A stretch of DNA of 64,000 nucleotides from Nitrospirota bacterium (GCA_963845065.1 CAWJQQ010000005.1:1-64000), one strand, 5' to 3'. Counted from the stretch's first letter, positions 18,603 to 29,840 are shown. The notes: a model not told the origin generated them from the sequence alone. Program-made: numbers and translations.

Positions 18603-18730
18603 ATGAACCTCCACGCAGCAAGCTGCGTGGTATCTATAAATAGGAAGACGATTATCAATTGAGAAACCTGCGGTTTCTCAAACATTTCCCTCTATGCGGT
18701 GACCCTGTAGCAAGCTACAGGGAATTGCAA
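18603..18730 (+). repeat. 128-bp three-hairpin repeat, copy 2
   Basis: Direct repeat of 15273-15400 at an offset of 3330 bp. Confidence 0.9.
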
Positions 18731-18909
18731 GTTCAATTCCCGATTCATGCTACATTGGTAGGATCTTATGGTCAACCCGACTCTATCAAAATTGACCTCC
18801 GTTTTCAAGCAAATTGCAGGTGTTGTGAAGCCGGTTTATGTTCACAAAAAGAAATGTTCATGACTCTTGCTTGTCCTTTTTGCTGCTGCACTCAGAAACA
18901 ACCTTTACC

Positions 18910-18939
18910 TTGACAAATACCCTTAAAACAACATATTAT
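18910..18939 (+). promoter_or_regulatory. sigma70-type promoter for the ACT-liv-paaK operon
   Basis: TTGACA-18 bp-TATTAT. Confidence 0.5.
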
Positions 18940-19009
18940 TATGCGATTCTTGGGCCTACGATTTTCCGCAATATCCGTCCTTGGCGGGCAGGTTAGGAAG
19001 GAGAAACTC

Positions 19010-19441
19010 GTGAAGGTAGAGCAGATATCCATATTCCTTGAGAACAAGTCTGGCCGTCTTGCAGAGATTACCGATGTCCTTGCCAAAAACGGGGTCAACA
19101 TCAGGGCGCTCTCGCTGGCCGATACCGCCGATTTCGGGATCCTCCGCCTGATCGTTGATGATATAGAGAAGACAGCGCGGCTCTTGAAAGAGGGCGGCTT
19201 TACCGTGGGTAAGAACGAGGTCGTAGCAGTTGTGATCCCGGACCGCCCTGGCGGCCTCTCGGGACTCCTGAGCGCGCTTCAGGGCAAAAACGTCAATGTG
19301 GAATACATGTACGCCTTTGTCCAGAGGAGCGAGGGCAATGCGGTGCTCATTTTCCGCTTTGATGAGATCACGAAGGCAATCGATACCCTGCAAAAATCTG
19401 GTTTCAAAATTCTCAAACGCGAAGAAGTACTCGCATTGTAA
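19010..19441 (+). CDS. tandem ACT-domain protein
   Basis: [16 protein letters not shown]...[18 protein letters not shown] and DRPGGL...[11 protein letters not shown] start after AAGGAG. Confidence 0.9.
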   Translation: MKVEQISIFLENKSGRLAEITDVLAKNGVNIRALSLADTADFGILRLIVDDIEKTARLLKEGGFTVGKNEVVAVVIPDRPGGLSGLLSALQGKNVNVEYMYAFVQRSEGNAVLIFRFDEITKAIDTLQKSGFKILKREEVLAL

Positions 19442-19489
19442 AAAAGGCCCTCATCCAAGAGGGATTTATCAAGAGGAGGAAAAGAACCT

Positions 19490-20632
19490 ATGAGACTCAT
19501 GAAGCTTGTAGTCGTTTCAGCATTCATTTTCGCCCTGTCCGTAACGACAGTATTTGCAGCGGGTACAATCAAGATCGGCGCGCTCCTGGCTGTCACAGGC
19601 CCGGCATCGTTCCTCGGCGCTCCAGAGGCGAAAACGCTCAAGATGCTCGTGAACAAGATCAACGCGAAGGGCGGCATCGATGGCAACAGGGTAGAGCTTG
19701 TGATCAAGGATACAGGCGCGAGCCCTGAGAAGGCCATCTCCTTTGCGAAGCAGCTGATCGAAGAAGAAAAGGTCTTTGCCATCATCGGGCCGTCGACGAG
19801 CGGCGAGAGCATGGCCGTTAAGAACATCGCCGAAGAGGGGAAAACGATCCTACTCTCCTGTGCCGCAGCAGAGCAAATCGTGATACCTGTGGCCAAGTAC
19901 GTGTTCAAGACGCCCCAGATGGACCGCGACGCCGTTATAAGGATCTTCCAGCAGATGAAGAAGATGGGCATCTCGAAGATCGGCGTGCTATCCTCCAATA
20001 CGGGTTTCGGCCAGGCAGGAAAGGACCAGATCGAGAAACTCGCGCCTCAGTATGGAATCCAGATCGTCGTGAACGAAGTCTATGACAAGGCCGCCACGGA
20101 CCTTACGGCAGAAGTGACGAAGGTCAAGGCCGCCGATGTGCAGGCGATCGTGAACTGGTCAATAGAGCCAGCCCAGGCCATTGTGATTAAGAACGCGCGC
20201 CAGATCGGCATAACCGCCCCGATCTTCCAGAGCCATGGTTTCGGCAATATCAACTACGTGAAGGCGGCAGGCGCCGCGGCCGAGGGCGTGATCTTTCCGG
20301 CAGGCAGGCTGCTCGTTGCTGATGTGCTGTCGAACAAGAACCCTCAGAAAAAAATTCTCGAGTCGTACAAAAAGGAATATGAAGCGGAGTATAAGGAAGA
20401 CGTGAGCACCTTTGGTGGCCATGCGTACGATGCCATGCTGCTTCTCGAGCGCGGAATCAAAGAGGGCGGAACAGATGAGGAAAAAGTACGCACAGCTATC
20501 GAGAACATCAAGGGTCTGGTCGGCACAGCGGGCATCTTCAACATGTCTCCGAAGGACCATAACGGTCTCGACTTGAATGCGTTTGAAATGCTCACTGTGA
20601 TTAACGGTAAGTTCGCGGTGCTTGAAAAATAA
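19490..20632 (+). CDS. branched-chain-amino-acid-type ABC transporter substrate-binding protein
   Basis: Signal peptide; IKIGALLAVTGPASFLG; LivJ/LivK-fold signature. Confidence 0.92.
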   Translation: MRLMKLVVVSAFIFALSVTTVFAAGTIKIGALLAVTGPASFLGAPEAKTLKMLVNKINAKGGIDGNRVELVIKDTGASPEKAISFAKQLIEEEKVFAIIGPSTSGESMAVKNIAEEGKTILLSCAAAEQIVIPVAKYVFKTPQMDRDAVIRIFQQMKKMGISKIGVLSSNTGFGQAGKDQIEKLAPQYGIQIVVNEVYDKAATDLTAEVTKVKAADVQAIVNWSIEPAQAIVIKNARQIGITAPIFQSHGFGNINYVKAAGAAAEGVIFPAGRLLVADVLSNKNPQKKILESYKKEYEAEYKEDVSTFGGHAYDAMLLLERGIKEGGTDEEKVRTAIENIKGLVGTAGIFNMSPKDHNGLDLNAFEMLTVINGKFAVLEK

Positions 20633-20649
20633 ACATACCGCTAGTGGGA

Positions 20650-20682
20650 CAGAGAGTGTCCGGGCAATCCGGGCACTCTCTG
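20650..20682 (+). terminator. strong hairpin after the SBP gene (terminator or mRNA stabiliser)
   Basis: CAGAGAGTGTCCGG-GCAAT-CCGGGCACTCTCTG. Confidence 0.6.
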
Positions 20683-20893
20683 CAGTTTAACAAACCATTT
20701 GAAATCCTTCCGTTAGCCTTATAACAAACTCAGTGCTTGCGGAAGGATATCGAATTCACAAGTCTTTATCCGTTCGCGGTGAACCTGTCGATCCACGCAA
20801 TATACTTTTTCAACAGCCGTTTGCGCCGATAACCATCTTTCAAAGAATGAAGAATTTTCAGAGAGGCACGATTCAGCGTTATATCAGCAGAGA

Positions 20894-21784
20894 ATGTTTT
20901 TAGAATTATTCTTCCAATACGTTGTCGCCGGTCTCACCTATGGCACGATCTATGCTATCGTTGGCATTGGGTTCAACATCATCTACAACACCACTGGCAT
21001 CATCAATTTCGCCCAGGGCGAGTTTGTGATGCTCGGGGGCATGTCCGCTGTGACGCTCCATGCATTCCTGCCGCTGCCGCTCGCGATTCTCAGCGCCGTA
21101 CTCATTACTATGGTCATCGGCGGACTCATAGAGATCGCCTTCATCCGCTGGCTGGTCAAACCCTCGGTCCTCCGGATGATCATTATTACGATAGGCATCT
21201 CGATCTTAATCCGCGAGGGCGCTCTTGCAGTATGGGGTGAAGGCGTTCGATCACTGCCTTACTTCACAGGCAATGAGGTGTCGGCGATCTCGCTCGGCGG
21301 TGTGCGTCTATCTCCGCAGGTCCTCTGGAGCATCGGCGTATGTTTTATCGTCGTGCTTCTTCTGAATCTATTCTTTAAATTCACTATGCTCGGTAGGGAA
21401 ATGCGCGCCTGCGCTGCGAACCGCGAGGCAGCTGCCCTCTGCGGCATCCCGACCCGAAACATGGTCACCTTCTCCTTCGTTCTTTCTGCAGGAATCGGAG
21501 CACTGGCGGGTTGCGTCGTATCGCCGATCACCTACACGCAGTACAATATCGGCACGGGCCTGGCCATCAAAGGCTTTACCGTTGCCATTCTCGGCGGGCT
21601 TGGAAACAGCATGGCCGCGGTGGCGGCCGGTCTCATCCTCGGCATCCTCGAATCCTTTAGCATCTGGGTCCTGCCGACCGCCTACAAGGACACGATCTCC
21701 ATCTCGATCCTACTCATAATGCTGTTCATCAGGCCAAGCGGTTTGTTCGGAAACAAAGAAGCCATGAGGTTAAAAGATTTTTGA
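20894..21784 (+). CDS. livH: ABC permease LivH-like
   Basis: GTIYAIVGIGFNIIYNTTGIINFAQGEF; GGLGN. Confidence 0.88.
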   Translation: MFLELFFQYVVAGLTYGTIYAIVGIGFNIIYNTTGIINFAQGEFVMLGGMSAVTLHAFLPLPLAILSAVLITMVIGGLIEIAFIRWLVKPSVLRMIIITIGISILIREGALAVWGEGVRSLPYFTGNEVSAISLGGVRLSPQVLWSIGVCFIVVLLLNLFFKFTMLGREMRACAANREAAALCGIPTRNMVTFSFVLSAGIGALAGCVVSPITYTQYNIGTGLAIKGFTVAILGGLGNSMAAVAAGLILGILESFSIWVLPTAYKDTISISILLIMLFIRPSGLFGNKEAMRLKDF

Positions 21785-22842
21785 TGAAGACCTCACACTA
21801 TACTCCAGCCCTCATCCTGTTCGGCTTCGTCGTAATCGTTCAACTTTTTACACTCGCGACCGGCAAAACGTTCTACCTTACCCAACTCACGATGACTGCA
21901 TACTATTCACTCATCGTTATCGGGCTATGTCTCTTGATGGGCTTTGCAGGCCAGATCTCGCTTGGTCACGCTGGATTTTTTGCCATCGGCGGTTATACCT
22001 CTGCGGTCCTCACGACCCTTGATCTGACGCCATACACAAAAACGCGGTTTGTCGCGTTACTCATGAAACTCAACATTCTCATAAGCCGCGAAGACCTATA
22101 TGGCCACTCGACATTAGGCGTTCATCCTTGGGTCGCCTGCTGTATTGCCGTACTGCTCGCATTCGGCATCGCCTGGGCAATCGGCATTCCCGTTCTAAAG
22201 CTCAAGGGCCATTACCTCGCTATGGCCACGCTCGGCTTCGGCACGATCATTTATAGCATCGTACTCGGCACCCAGCTCTTCGGTGCTGCCGATGGGATAT
22301 CGAGTGTACCGTCATTTCCTATTTTCCCCAGTGTGAGCGTAAGCGGCGATTCATCGGTTCGTGTCGTTAACTACTATTTTGCTTGGACCCTGGTGACTGC
22401 TGCCATGGTACTAATGGCAAACCTCATTCATTCGAGGGTGGGAAGGGCGCTCCGCTCGATCCACGGGGCAGAAGATGCGGCGAGCGCAATGGGTGTGGAC
22501 ACAGCACGATTTAAATTGTACACCTTTATATTGAGCGCTGTGCTAGCCGCGATCGCTGGCGTGTTTCTTACCCATTTCAACGGAGGAATCGGGCCCTCCG
22601 AGGCATCGATCATGAAGTCCATACGTTACGTGGCGATTGTTGCTGTCGGCGGAATGGGCACCATCTGGGGAACGCTGATCATGAGTGTGGTCCTGAATTT
22701 TCTTTCGCTCCGTGGTTACTTCGGGACTTTCGACGACGCCGTATTCGGCGGTATCCTGATTCTGATCATGCTGTTTGCACCCGACGGAATCATGGGCGCA
22801 GACCTACAGGCAATTGTAAAAAAAATAATTAAAAAGATTTAG
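21784..22842 (+). CDS. livM: ABC permease LivM-like
   Basis: GFAGQISLGHAGFFAIGGY; LKLKGHYLAMATLGF; SRVGRALRSI. Confidence 0.88.
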   Translation: MKTSHYTPALILFGFVVIVQLFTLATGKTFYLTQLTMTAYYSLIVIGLCLLMGFAGQISLGHAGFFAIGGYTSAVLTTLDLTPYTKTRFVALLMKLNILISREDLYGHSTLGVHPWVACCIAVLLAFGIAWAIGIPVLKLKGHYLAMATLGFGTIIYSIVLGTQLFGAADGISSVPSFPIFPSVSVSGDSSVRVVNYYFAWTLVTAAMVLMANLIHSRVGRALRSIHGAEDAASAMGVDTARFKLYTFILSAVLAAIAGVFLTHFNGGIGPSEASIMKSIRYVAIVAVGGMGTIWGTLIMSVVLNFLSLRGYFGTFDDAVFGGILILIMLFAPDGIMGADLQAIVKKIIKKI

Positions 22843-22974
22843 GAGAATTTCTTTTGTAACTATAGAAAAAGACGGATGACATGGGTAAGACCGGTACCTA
22901 TAGTTTATTGCTTTTCTCAGTTTTATCTGACTGTCCGAGCTGCATAGGAATTCGTGGTTGCTTGAATTAAACAT

Positions 22975-23739
22975 ATGGCACTTCTTGAAATAAAAAATAT
23001 CAGCAGGCGTTTTGGCGGCCTTCAGGCGGTGAAAGATATCAGCTTCACGGTGCGGCAGAACTGCATCAAGGCTGTAATCGGTCCGAATGGCGCAGGCAAA
23101 ACTACGCTCTTCAACCTCGTTTCCGGATTCCTGGCGCCTGATTCCGGGGAGATTTTGTACAATGATGCGCCGATCCAGGGGATAAGTCCGCACGAGATAG
23201 CAGCACGCGGCCTGTCTCGCACATTTCAACATATCAGGCTCTTCGCGCATATGACCGCGCTCGAAAATGTAATGGTTGGATGTCACGTGCGAAGCAGGGC
23301 CGGCTTCATCGCCGGCATGCTGAATCTCCCTTTTACCTGGCGCGAGGAAAAGGAGATACGAGCAAAGTCGCTCCAGCTCATGGACTTTCTGGGTATTGCC
23401 GGCCTGGCTGCTGCCGATGCAACAAGCCTTTCCTATGGCCAGCAGCGCGCTGTGGAGCTGGCTCGCGCCCTGGCTAGCGGCCCCACTATGCTCTTGCTTG
23501 ACGAACCTGTCGCAGGGCTCAACATGCGCGAGACTGCGGACATGGCTAAGCTCATCAGCAGGATCCGCGACCTCGGCATCACTGTGTTGATTGTCGAACA
23601 CGATATGTCCCTAGTCATGAACATATCCGATGAGGTCATCGTCTTAAGCTACGGCGAAAAGATTGCCGATGATACGCCCCGAGCAGTCCAAAACAATCCC
23701 GAAGTCGTCAGGGTCTATCTGGGAGAGGACGATGCTTAG
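22975..23739 (+). CDS. livG: ABC ATP-binding LivG-like
   Basis: GPNGAGKTT; LSYGQQRAVELARAL; LLLDEP; VEHDM. Confidence 0.9.
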   Translation: MALLEIKNISRRFGGLQAVKDISFTVRQNCIKAVIGPNGAGKTTLFNLVSGFLAPDSGEILYNDAPIQGISPHEIAARGLSRTFQHIRLFAHMTALENVMVGCHVRSRAGFIAGMLNLPFTWREEKEIRAKSLQLMDFLGIAGLAAADATSLSYGQQRAVELARALASGPTMLLLDEPVAGLNMRETADMAKLISRIRDLGITVLIVEHDMSLVMNISDEVIVLSYGEKIADDTPRAVQNNPEVVRVYLGEDDA

Positions 23740-24454
23740 GATACGAAATCTCGACTCCGGTTATGGCAGCTTGAACGTCCTGCGACGGGTTTCGATCCAC
23801 GTAAAGCCTGGAGAGATCGTCACGATCATTGGCGCGAACGGCGCAGGAAAGACCACGCTCCTCAAGACAATTATAGGCCTGCTCAAGGCTCAAATGGGTG
23901 AAATTTTTTTTAACGGCACAAACATTTTCCACGTTCCTACAGATCGGATCGTCTTCGGCGGCTGTTCGCTCGTACCCGAGGGTAGGCAGGTGTTCCCCGC
24001 CATGCCGGTAAAAGACAACCTCTTGCTGGGCGCCTATGTTCAGTTCAAGAGCGGTAACCGGCACAATGTGGAGATTGACCTCGCCCACATGTACAACCTG
24101 TTCTCGGTGCTGAAACAGCGCGAACATCAATTAGCAGGTACCTTGTCCGGCGGTGAGCAGCAAATGCTTGCAATAGCCAGGGCGCTCATGGCTCGACCCA
24201 AGCTCATCATGCTCGACGAACCGTCCATGGGCCTTGCGCCGCTCATGGTGAAAGAAATATTCAAAATCATTGTAAAGATACGCGAAGAAGGAAATACAGT
24301 CCTGCTGGTGGAACAGAACGCCCGGAGCGCCTTAAAAATCGCGAACCGTGGCTATGTGCTCGAGACCGGGAGGATCATTCTCGAAGGGGAAGCCGAAGAC
24401 CTGCTTGCCAACCGGAACGTCCAGAGGGCGTATCTCGGAAGAGACGTGGATTAA
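23732..24454 (+). CDS. livF: ABC ATP-binding LivF-like
   Basis: GANGAGKTT; VPEGRQVF; LSGGEQQMLAIARALM; DEPSMGLAP. Confidence 0.9.
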   Translation: MLRIRNLDSGYGSLNVLRRVSIHVKPGEIVTIIGANGAGKTTLLKTIIGLLKAQMGEIFFNGTNIFHVPTDRIVFGGCSLVPEGRQVFPAMPVKDNLLLGAYVQFKSGNRHNVEIDLAHMYNLFSVLKQREHQLAGTLSGGEQQMLAIARALMARPKLIMLDEPSMGLAPLMVKEIFKIIVKIREEGNTVLLVEQNARSALKIANRGYVLETGRIILEGEAEDLLANRNVQRAYLGRDVD

Positions 24455-24550
24455 TTCAAAAAAGGCAACATCCGACAACTGTATGGGTCCAGAATCCTGT
24501 CATGAAACAAAATTTTTGAATATTGAATTTTTTTCAGTCCGGAGGTGCGT

Positions 24551-25849
24551 ATGTACTGGCAACCTGAAAGCGAATGTATAGACAGAGAAGAGCTGGAGCA
24601 GCTTCAGCTTGAACGGCTCGAATCGACACTGAGCCGTGTCTACATGAACGTGCCTTTTTATCGAAAGAAATTCGACGAGATCAAATTCAATCCCGACAAT
24701 CTGCGCACGCTCGATGACCTTCGGAAGCTCCCCTTCACGACCAAGAACGATCTCCGCGACAATTATCCCTACGGCCTATTCGCCGTACCCTTGCGTGAGG
24801 TCGTCCGCGTCCATGCATCATCGGGTACAACAGGAATGTCCACGGTAGTGGGTTATTCCCGGAATGACATCAAGACCTGGTCCAACCTCGTTGCGCGTAT
24901 TCTCACGGCTGGTGGAATCACGAAGGACGACGTGATTCAGATCGCCTTCAACTACGGACTGTTTACCGGCGCCTTCGGCCTCCATTATGGTGCCGAACGC
25001 GTCGGGGCGTCAGTCATCCCGATCTCAAGCGGCAATACTAAACGCCAGATCAAGATCATGCAAGACTTCAAGACCACGGCTCTCGTGAGCACGCCGAGCT
25101 ATGCCATGCTGATCGCCGACACGATGATGGAAATGGGCATCAATCCTAATTCCTTGTCGTTGAAATATGGCCTTTTCGGCGCCGAGCCCTGGTCTGCCGC
25201 GATGCGAAAAGAACTCGAGAACAAGCTCAAGATTGTCGCCACGGATAACTACGGTCTTTCGGAAGTAATGGGACCAGGCGTCGCCGGAGAATGTATTGAG
25301 CGAAGCGGGCTGCACATCGCCGAAGACCATTTTCTGGTCGAGCTGATTAATCCTGAAACACTCGAACTCGTTAAGCCCGGCGAGGCTGGTGAAATGGTCA
25401 TTACGACGCTCACCAAGGAAGCGTTCCCCGTTGTTCGCTACCGCACCCGCGACTTGACCCACCTGCTTCCTGGGCCATGTCCCTGTGGCAGGACGATGAT
25501 GAGAATGACGCGCGTCTTCGGCAGGACCGACGACATGCTGATCATCCGTGGGGTGAACGTGTTTCCGCAGCAAATCGAGACCGTACTCTTTGAGATCGAA
25601 GGCGTGGCCCCCCACTACCAGATCGTGATCGACCGCAAGGGAGCTCTTGATGAAACGACGGTCAACGTCGAGGTTTCTGAATCGATCTTCTTTGATGAAA
25701 TGAAAAAGCAGAGCGAGCTTAAAGAAACAATCAAAAAGCGCCTTGCTTCGGAGCTCGGTATTTCTGTCGACGTGAAGCTCGTAGAAAAGAAAACGCTCGA
25801 GCGGTTCGAAGGAAAAGCAAATCGAGTATTAGACAACCGTAAATTCTGA
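24551..25849 (+). CDS. paaK: phenylacetate--CoA ligase family protein
   Basis: [40 protein letters not shown]. Confidence 0.92.
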   Translation: MYWQPESECIDREELEQLQLERLESTLSRVYMNVPFYRKKFDEIKFNPDNLRTLDDLRKLPFTTKNDLRDNYPYGLFAVPLREVVRVHASSGTTGMSTVVGYSRNDIKTWSNLVARILTAGGITKDDVIQIAFNYGLFTGAFGLHYGAERVGASVIPISSGNTKRQIKIMQDFKTTALVSTPSYAMLIADTMMEMGINPNSLSLKYGLFGAEPWSAAMRKELENKLKIVATDNYGLSEVMGPGVAGECIERSGLHIAEDHFLVELINPETLELVKPGEAGEMVITTLTKEAFPVVRYRTRDLTHLLPGPCPCGRTMMRMTRVFGRTDDMLIIRGVNVFPQQIETVLFEIEGVAPHYQIVIDRKGALDETTVNVEVSESIFFDEMKKQSELKETIKKRLASELGISVDVKLVEKKTLERFEGKANRVLDNRKF

Positions 25850-25953
25850 TCCGCCGATATTACCACGAAAATACCGAGGCAATAGACCAAGCAATGCTTA
25901 AGGTATCTTCCTGTCTTCGAGTCTTCGTGGTGGAAAGGTTTTATCAGCCCTAT

Positions 25954-26763
25954 ATGAACTACATCGATTTTCACACTCACATCTTCCCGGACAAGATCGC
26001 AAAGCAGGCCATGAAGGCACTCGCAGCGGAGTCCGGCGATTACCAGCCCTGCATAGACGGGACCCTGCAGGGGCTGCTCAATTCTATGAAGCGTGCGAAC
26101 ATCTCGGCAAGCCTCGTTGCGAACATTGCCACAAGACCGGTGCAGATGAAACCGATTCTCGAATTCTGCAAGCAGATCAAAAGCGAATTTATCCATCCGC
26201 TGATCTCGTTCCATCCTTCAAACGACACCTACGAAGTCGAGGACATGTTCGGGGAGGCTCATGTTGCAGGTATTCGCGGCGTCAAGTTGCATCCCATGTA
26301 CCAGAACTTTTTCATTGACGACAAATATATGTATGGTTTTTACGAGCTGATGGCGAGTTTCGGGTTCTTTGTCATGTTTCACACGGGTTATGACATGGCT
26401 TTTCCTGGAAATGCCCAAGCCGATGTAGAGCGAGTTAAAAAAATAGCTAACTGGTTCAAAGATCTCACTATCGTCTGCACACATGTGGGCGGTTGGAAGC
26501 AGTGGGACAGGATCAGCTGCCTCAGCGACTGCAAAAATGTGTTTACTGAAACTTCATTAACGATGAGTGAAATTAGCGATGCCGAATTCATAAAAGCCAT
26601 TTCATACTTTGATGAGGACAGAATTCTATTCGGGAGCGACAGCCCTTGGACGGACCAGCTGGAAATGCTTCAACGAACGCTGCATCTTAAGATATCGGAC
26701 ACCTTGAAAGAGAAGATGCTGTATAAGAATGCCGCGAATCTGCTCGCATTGAACACGCCATGA
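25954..26763 (+). CDS. amidohydrolase_2 family metal-dependent hydrolase
   Basis: IDFHTHIFP; GVKLHP; FHTG; ILFGSDSPW. Confidence 0.88.
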   Translation: MNYIDFHTHIFPDKIAKQAMKALAAESGDYQPCIDGTLQGLLNSMKRANISASLVANIATRPVQMKPILEFCKQIKSEFIHPLISFHPSNDTYEVEDMFGEAHVAGIRGVKLHPMYQNFFIDDKYMYGFYELMASFGFFVMFHTGYDMAFPGNAQADVERVKKIANWFKDLTIVCTHVGGWKQWDRISCLSDCKNVFTETSLTMSEISDAEFIKAISYFDEDRILFGSDSPWTDQLEMLQRTLHLKISDTLKEKMLYKNAANLLALNTP

Positions 26764-27126
26764 CACTTTTTTACCCCATCATGTGCAGGAAAGATCCTTA
26801 TGCAGAGCATAAAATTTGACCGAACCTCTCGATTAGCAGTCTGCTGTTCTTTTAAAAGCGATACGGCATTCATTTCGGGATCTTACCCCGGAAGCATTAT
26901 CAGGCCATAGGGGCTGTACTCAAATCGTCAGTGATAAAAAACGCCTGGATATTTATTGAACAGGTGCGACTTCTTTCCGCCTGCTACTGGTAATCCAGCG
27001 CAGTTCGCGCTAAATTACGGAGTATGCAGAGGGACGATAAAGCAGTGGTGAGGGGATCAAAGGCGTTATTATTAATATCTGAACGATAGATGACGGCAGA
27101 TCTGTTAGGAATATCAGACGGTGACG

Positions 27127-27705
27127 TTACTTGCCCACAGCCCTGCCAGCCATAAATGCTTTCTCGTTCATTTCAAGGACTTTCTTGGGGACAGTATGCT
27201 TGATAGCCTCGAGTATGACCGATTCTTTGAGTGGGAGAAATTTGAGTGCTGCACCAAGGAGCACGAGGTTGAGAGTGCGCTTATCGCCGGCCTTGACCGC
27301 GAGTTCGGTACCATCAAGCGGCATGACACTTTTTGCTCGGAGTTTGATAGTGTCGTGGATGTCTGACGGATACCTCTCCGTGGCAATCGAAACGCCGATC
27401 GTGCCAATGGAACGGGTATTATAGATTACCGCTCCGTCGTTCCTGAGAAAGTGAAGATAGCGCGCGGTCTCAAGGGGCTCGAACCCGATCAAGAGGTCGG
27501 CCTCACCCTCGCTCACGATGGGCGAGAAAACTTTTCCCCCAAAGCGCACCTGCGACAGTACACTGCCTCCGCGCTGCGCCATGCCGTGCACCTCGCTCTG
27601 CTTCACGTCTAGGTCGGAAAGAAGTGCCGCCTCGGCGATTATCTTGCTCGTAAGCAGAACCCCCTGACCTCCCACACCGCTGATCAGAATGTTAAAAACA
27701 TTCAA
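27127..27705 (-). CDS. iorB: indolepyruvate:ferredoxin oxidoreductase beta subunit
   Basis: GVGGQGV; KQSEVHGMAQRGGSV. Confidence 0.92.
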   Translation of the reverse strand: MNVFNILISGVGGQGVLLTSKIIAEAALLSDLDVKQSEVHGMAQRGGSVLSQVRFGGKVFSPIVSEGEADLLIGFEPLETARYLHFLRNDGAVIYNTRSIGTIGVSIATERYPSDIHDTIKLRAKSVMPLDGTELAVKAGDKRTLNLVLLGAALKFLPLKESVILEAIKHTVPKKVLEMNEKAFMAGRAVGK

Positions 27706-27913
27706 GTTATATACCTCTTAAGCGAAAAACCATAGCGGAAAATAAAGAAACCCGAGTAAGCGACGAATCACAAGAATCCTCATTGCTCTTTTCACTCTAT
27801 CTCCTCAGGTCTTGTTTTTTTTAAGGCTTTCCTTGGCGCACTCTGCATCTCTGTGAGAGATTGCCTTGACCTTCTTCAAGGGTGTATATCTGCACTCGCA
27901 TTCTACATGTGAG

Positions 27914-29665
27914 CTACAGAGTCTTCATCGACCCCGAGGTACACAGTTGGGCGCAGACGCTGCAGCCGTTGCACAAGAGCGGATCAATCTCGACATAACC
28001 CGTTTTCCCTTCCGGCGTAAAGGAAAGTGCTATGCAGCCTGCTTTGAGACACAACTTGCATCCTTTGCATGTCTCTTTCTCGACAATATAGGGCTTCTTC
28101 GAAACACGGTAGCGCAGCACGCAGGGCTGGTTCGAGATGAGCACAGAAGGACCCTGAGCCACAAGTTCTTCTTTCATAATTTTCTCGAGGTCTTTGATGT
28201 TATAAGCGTCAATCTCACGAACGCGTTTTGCTCCTATAGTCTGGCACAGCTTCGCGATATCGAGACGTGGTGCGGCAGTGCCTTTTGCAGAACGTCCTGT
28301 GCCGGCATGCTCCTGACCGCCAGTCATACCCGTGGTGTCGTTGTTCATGATTATCACGATGGCATCGCCACCGTTGTATACCATATTAAGGAGGCCCGTG
28401 ATGCCAGAGTGCAGAAACGTGGAATCGCCGATCACGGCGACAGGCTTCTGCTGCGTTCCCTGGAGTGCAAGTCCCTTTGCCATACCATGCGCCGCCGAGA
28501 TGCTGGCGCCCATGCAGATGCACGTGTGCATTGACGAAAACGGCGGTAGAGCACCGAGCGTGTAACACCCGATGTCGCCGGAGACGTAGAGTTTTAGTTT
28601 CGAAAGCACGGTGTAGAGGCCTCGATGGGAGCAGCCTGGACAGAACGTGGGTGGCCTCATGAGAAGGCCCGAAACCGGTTCTTTTATTGGAAGAACGCTG
28701 CCAGATATCTTTTCTAGCACTATGCGCTGGCTGAACTCGCCACACAGTGGCAGAACGTTCTTGCCCAGATGAACCGTGATGCCCATAGCCTTGATCTGTT
28801 CTTCGAGGAACGGATCGAGTTCCTCCACTACCACGAGTTTATCTACGGAAGAGGAAAATTTCTTGATAAGCTTTTCCGGGAGTGGGAAGGTCATACCGAG
28901 TTTCAGCACCGTGGCCTTCGGAAAAGCCTCACGTACATATTGGAAAGAAATGCCGGACGTGATGAAGCCGATAGATTTATCTCCCTCGATTATCTTGTTG
29001 AGCGGCGAGGTTTCGGACCACTCTTTAAGCCTAATGAGCCGGTCCTCTACAAAGACGTGCCGCTTCTTGGCATTGCTCGGGAGCATCACGTATTTACCGA
29101 AGTCCTTTGCAAGGCCGCGGACTGCAAAAGAGTCGGAAATTCCCAGCTCGACTACGCTTTTGCAGTGTGATATTCGTGTTGTCGTCCTGAGGATGACTGG
29201 AGTGTCAAAAGACTCAGAGAGTTCGAAGGCGGCCTTAATGAAATACTTTGCCTCGGTCGAATCGGTCGGCTCAATGCAGGGGATCTTTCCGAGACGGGCA
29301 AAGTGGCGAGTGTCCTGTTCGTTCTGGGAGCTGAACATGCCGGGGTCGTCCGCCACCATAAGAACGAGCCCGCCGTTGATGCCCGTATAGGCAGCGGTCA
29401 TTAGCGGATCGGCCGCCACGTTCACGCCAACATGCTTCATACACGCAAGCGAGCGCACGCCCGTAAGCGCACCGCCGATTGCCACTTCAAGCGCTACCTT
29501 TTCGTTCACGGACCATTCTGCGTGTATGCCCTCTTCACACGAGAGCGTTTCGAGCACTTCGGTGCTCGGCGTGCCGGGATATGCGGCGGCAAGCTTGCCT
29601 CCCGCTTCGATGAAACCTCGGGCAATTGCTTCATTACCGGAAAGGATCGCTTTAGTCACATACAC
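27914..29665 (-). CDS. iorA: indolepyruvate:ferredoxin oxidoreductase alpha subunit
   Basis: GNEAIARG; YPGTPSTE; FCPGCSHR; GDIGCY; GDSTF; C-terminal 2x[4Fe-4S] CxxCxxC motifs. Confidence 0.93.
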   Translation of the reverse strand: MYVTKAILSGNEAIARGFIEAGGKLAAAYPGTPSTEVLETLSCEEGIHAEWSVNEKVALEVAIGGALTGVRSLACMKHVGVNVAADPLMTAAYTGINGGLVLMVADDPGMFSSQNEQDTRHFARLGKIPCIEPTDSTEAKYFIKAAFELSESFDTPVILRTTTRISHCKSVVELGISDSFAVRGLAKDFGKYVMLPSNAKKRHVFVEDRLIRLKEWSETSPLNKIIEGDKSIGFITSGISFQYVREAFPKATVLKLGMTFPLPEKLIKKFSSSVDKLVVVEELDPFLEEQIKAMGITVHLGKNVLPLCGEFSQRIVLEKISGSVLPIKEPVSGLLMRPPTFCPGCSHRGLYTVLSKLKLYVSGDIGCYTLGALPPFSSMHTCICMGASISAAHGMAKGLALQGTQQKPVAVIGDSTFLHSGITGLLNMVYNGGDAIVIIMNNDTTGMTGGQEHAGTGRSAKGTAAPRLDIAKLCQTIGAKRVREIDAYNIKDLEKIMKEELVAQGPSVLISNQPCVLRYRVSKKPYIVEKETCKGCKLCLKAGCIALSFTPEGKTGYVEIDPLLCNGCSVCAQLCTSGSMKTL

Positions 29666-29840
29666 TCCTAAAAAAAGCTAGCCACAGAGGTCACCAGGAG
29701 AACATTACTCGCTTGCGCTGACAAAACTTGATCGCGAATCATTCTCGCTAGTAAATCAGCGAGCCTCCAATGAAACTAGTATTAATACAGCTTTTCCTTT
29801 TTTCTTCGGGATCTCTCTGCTCTGTGGTGAGAGCTTTTTA

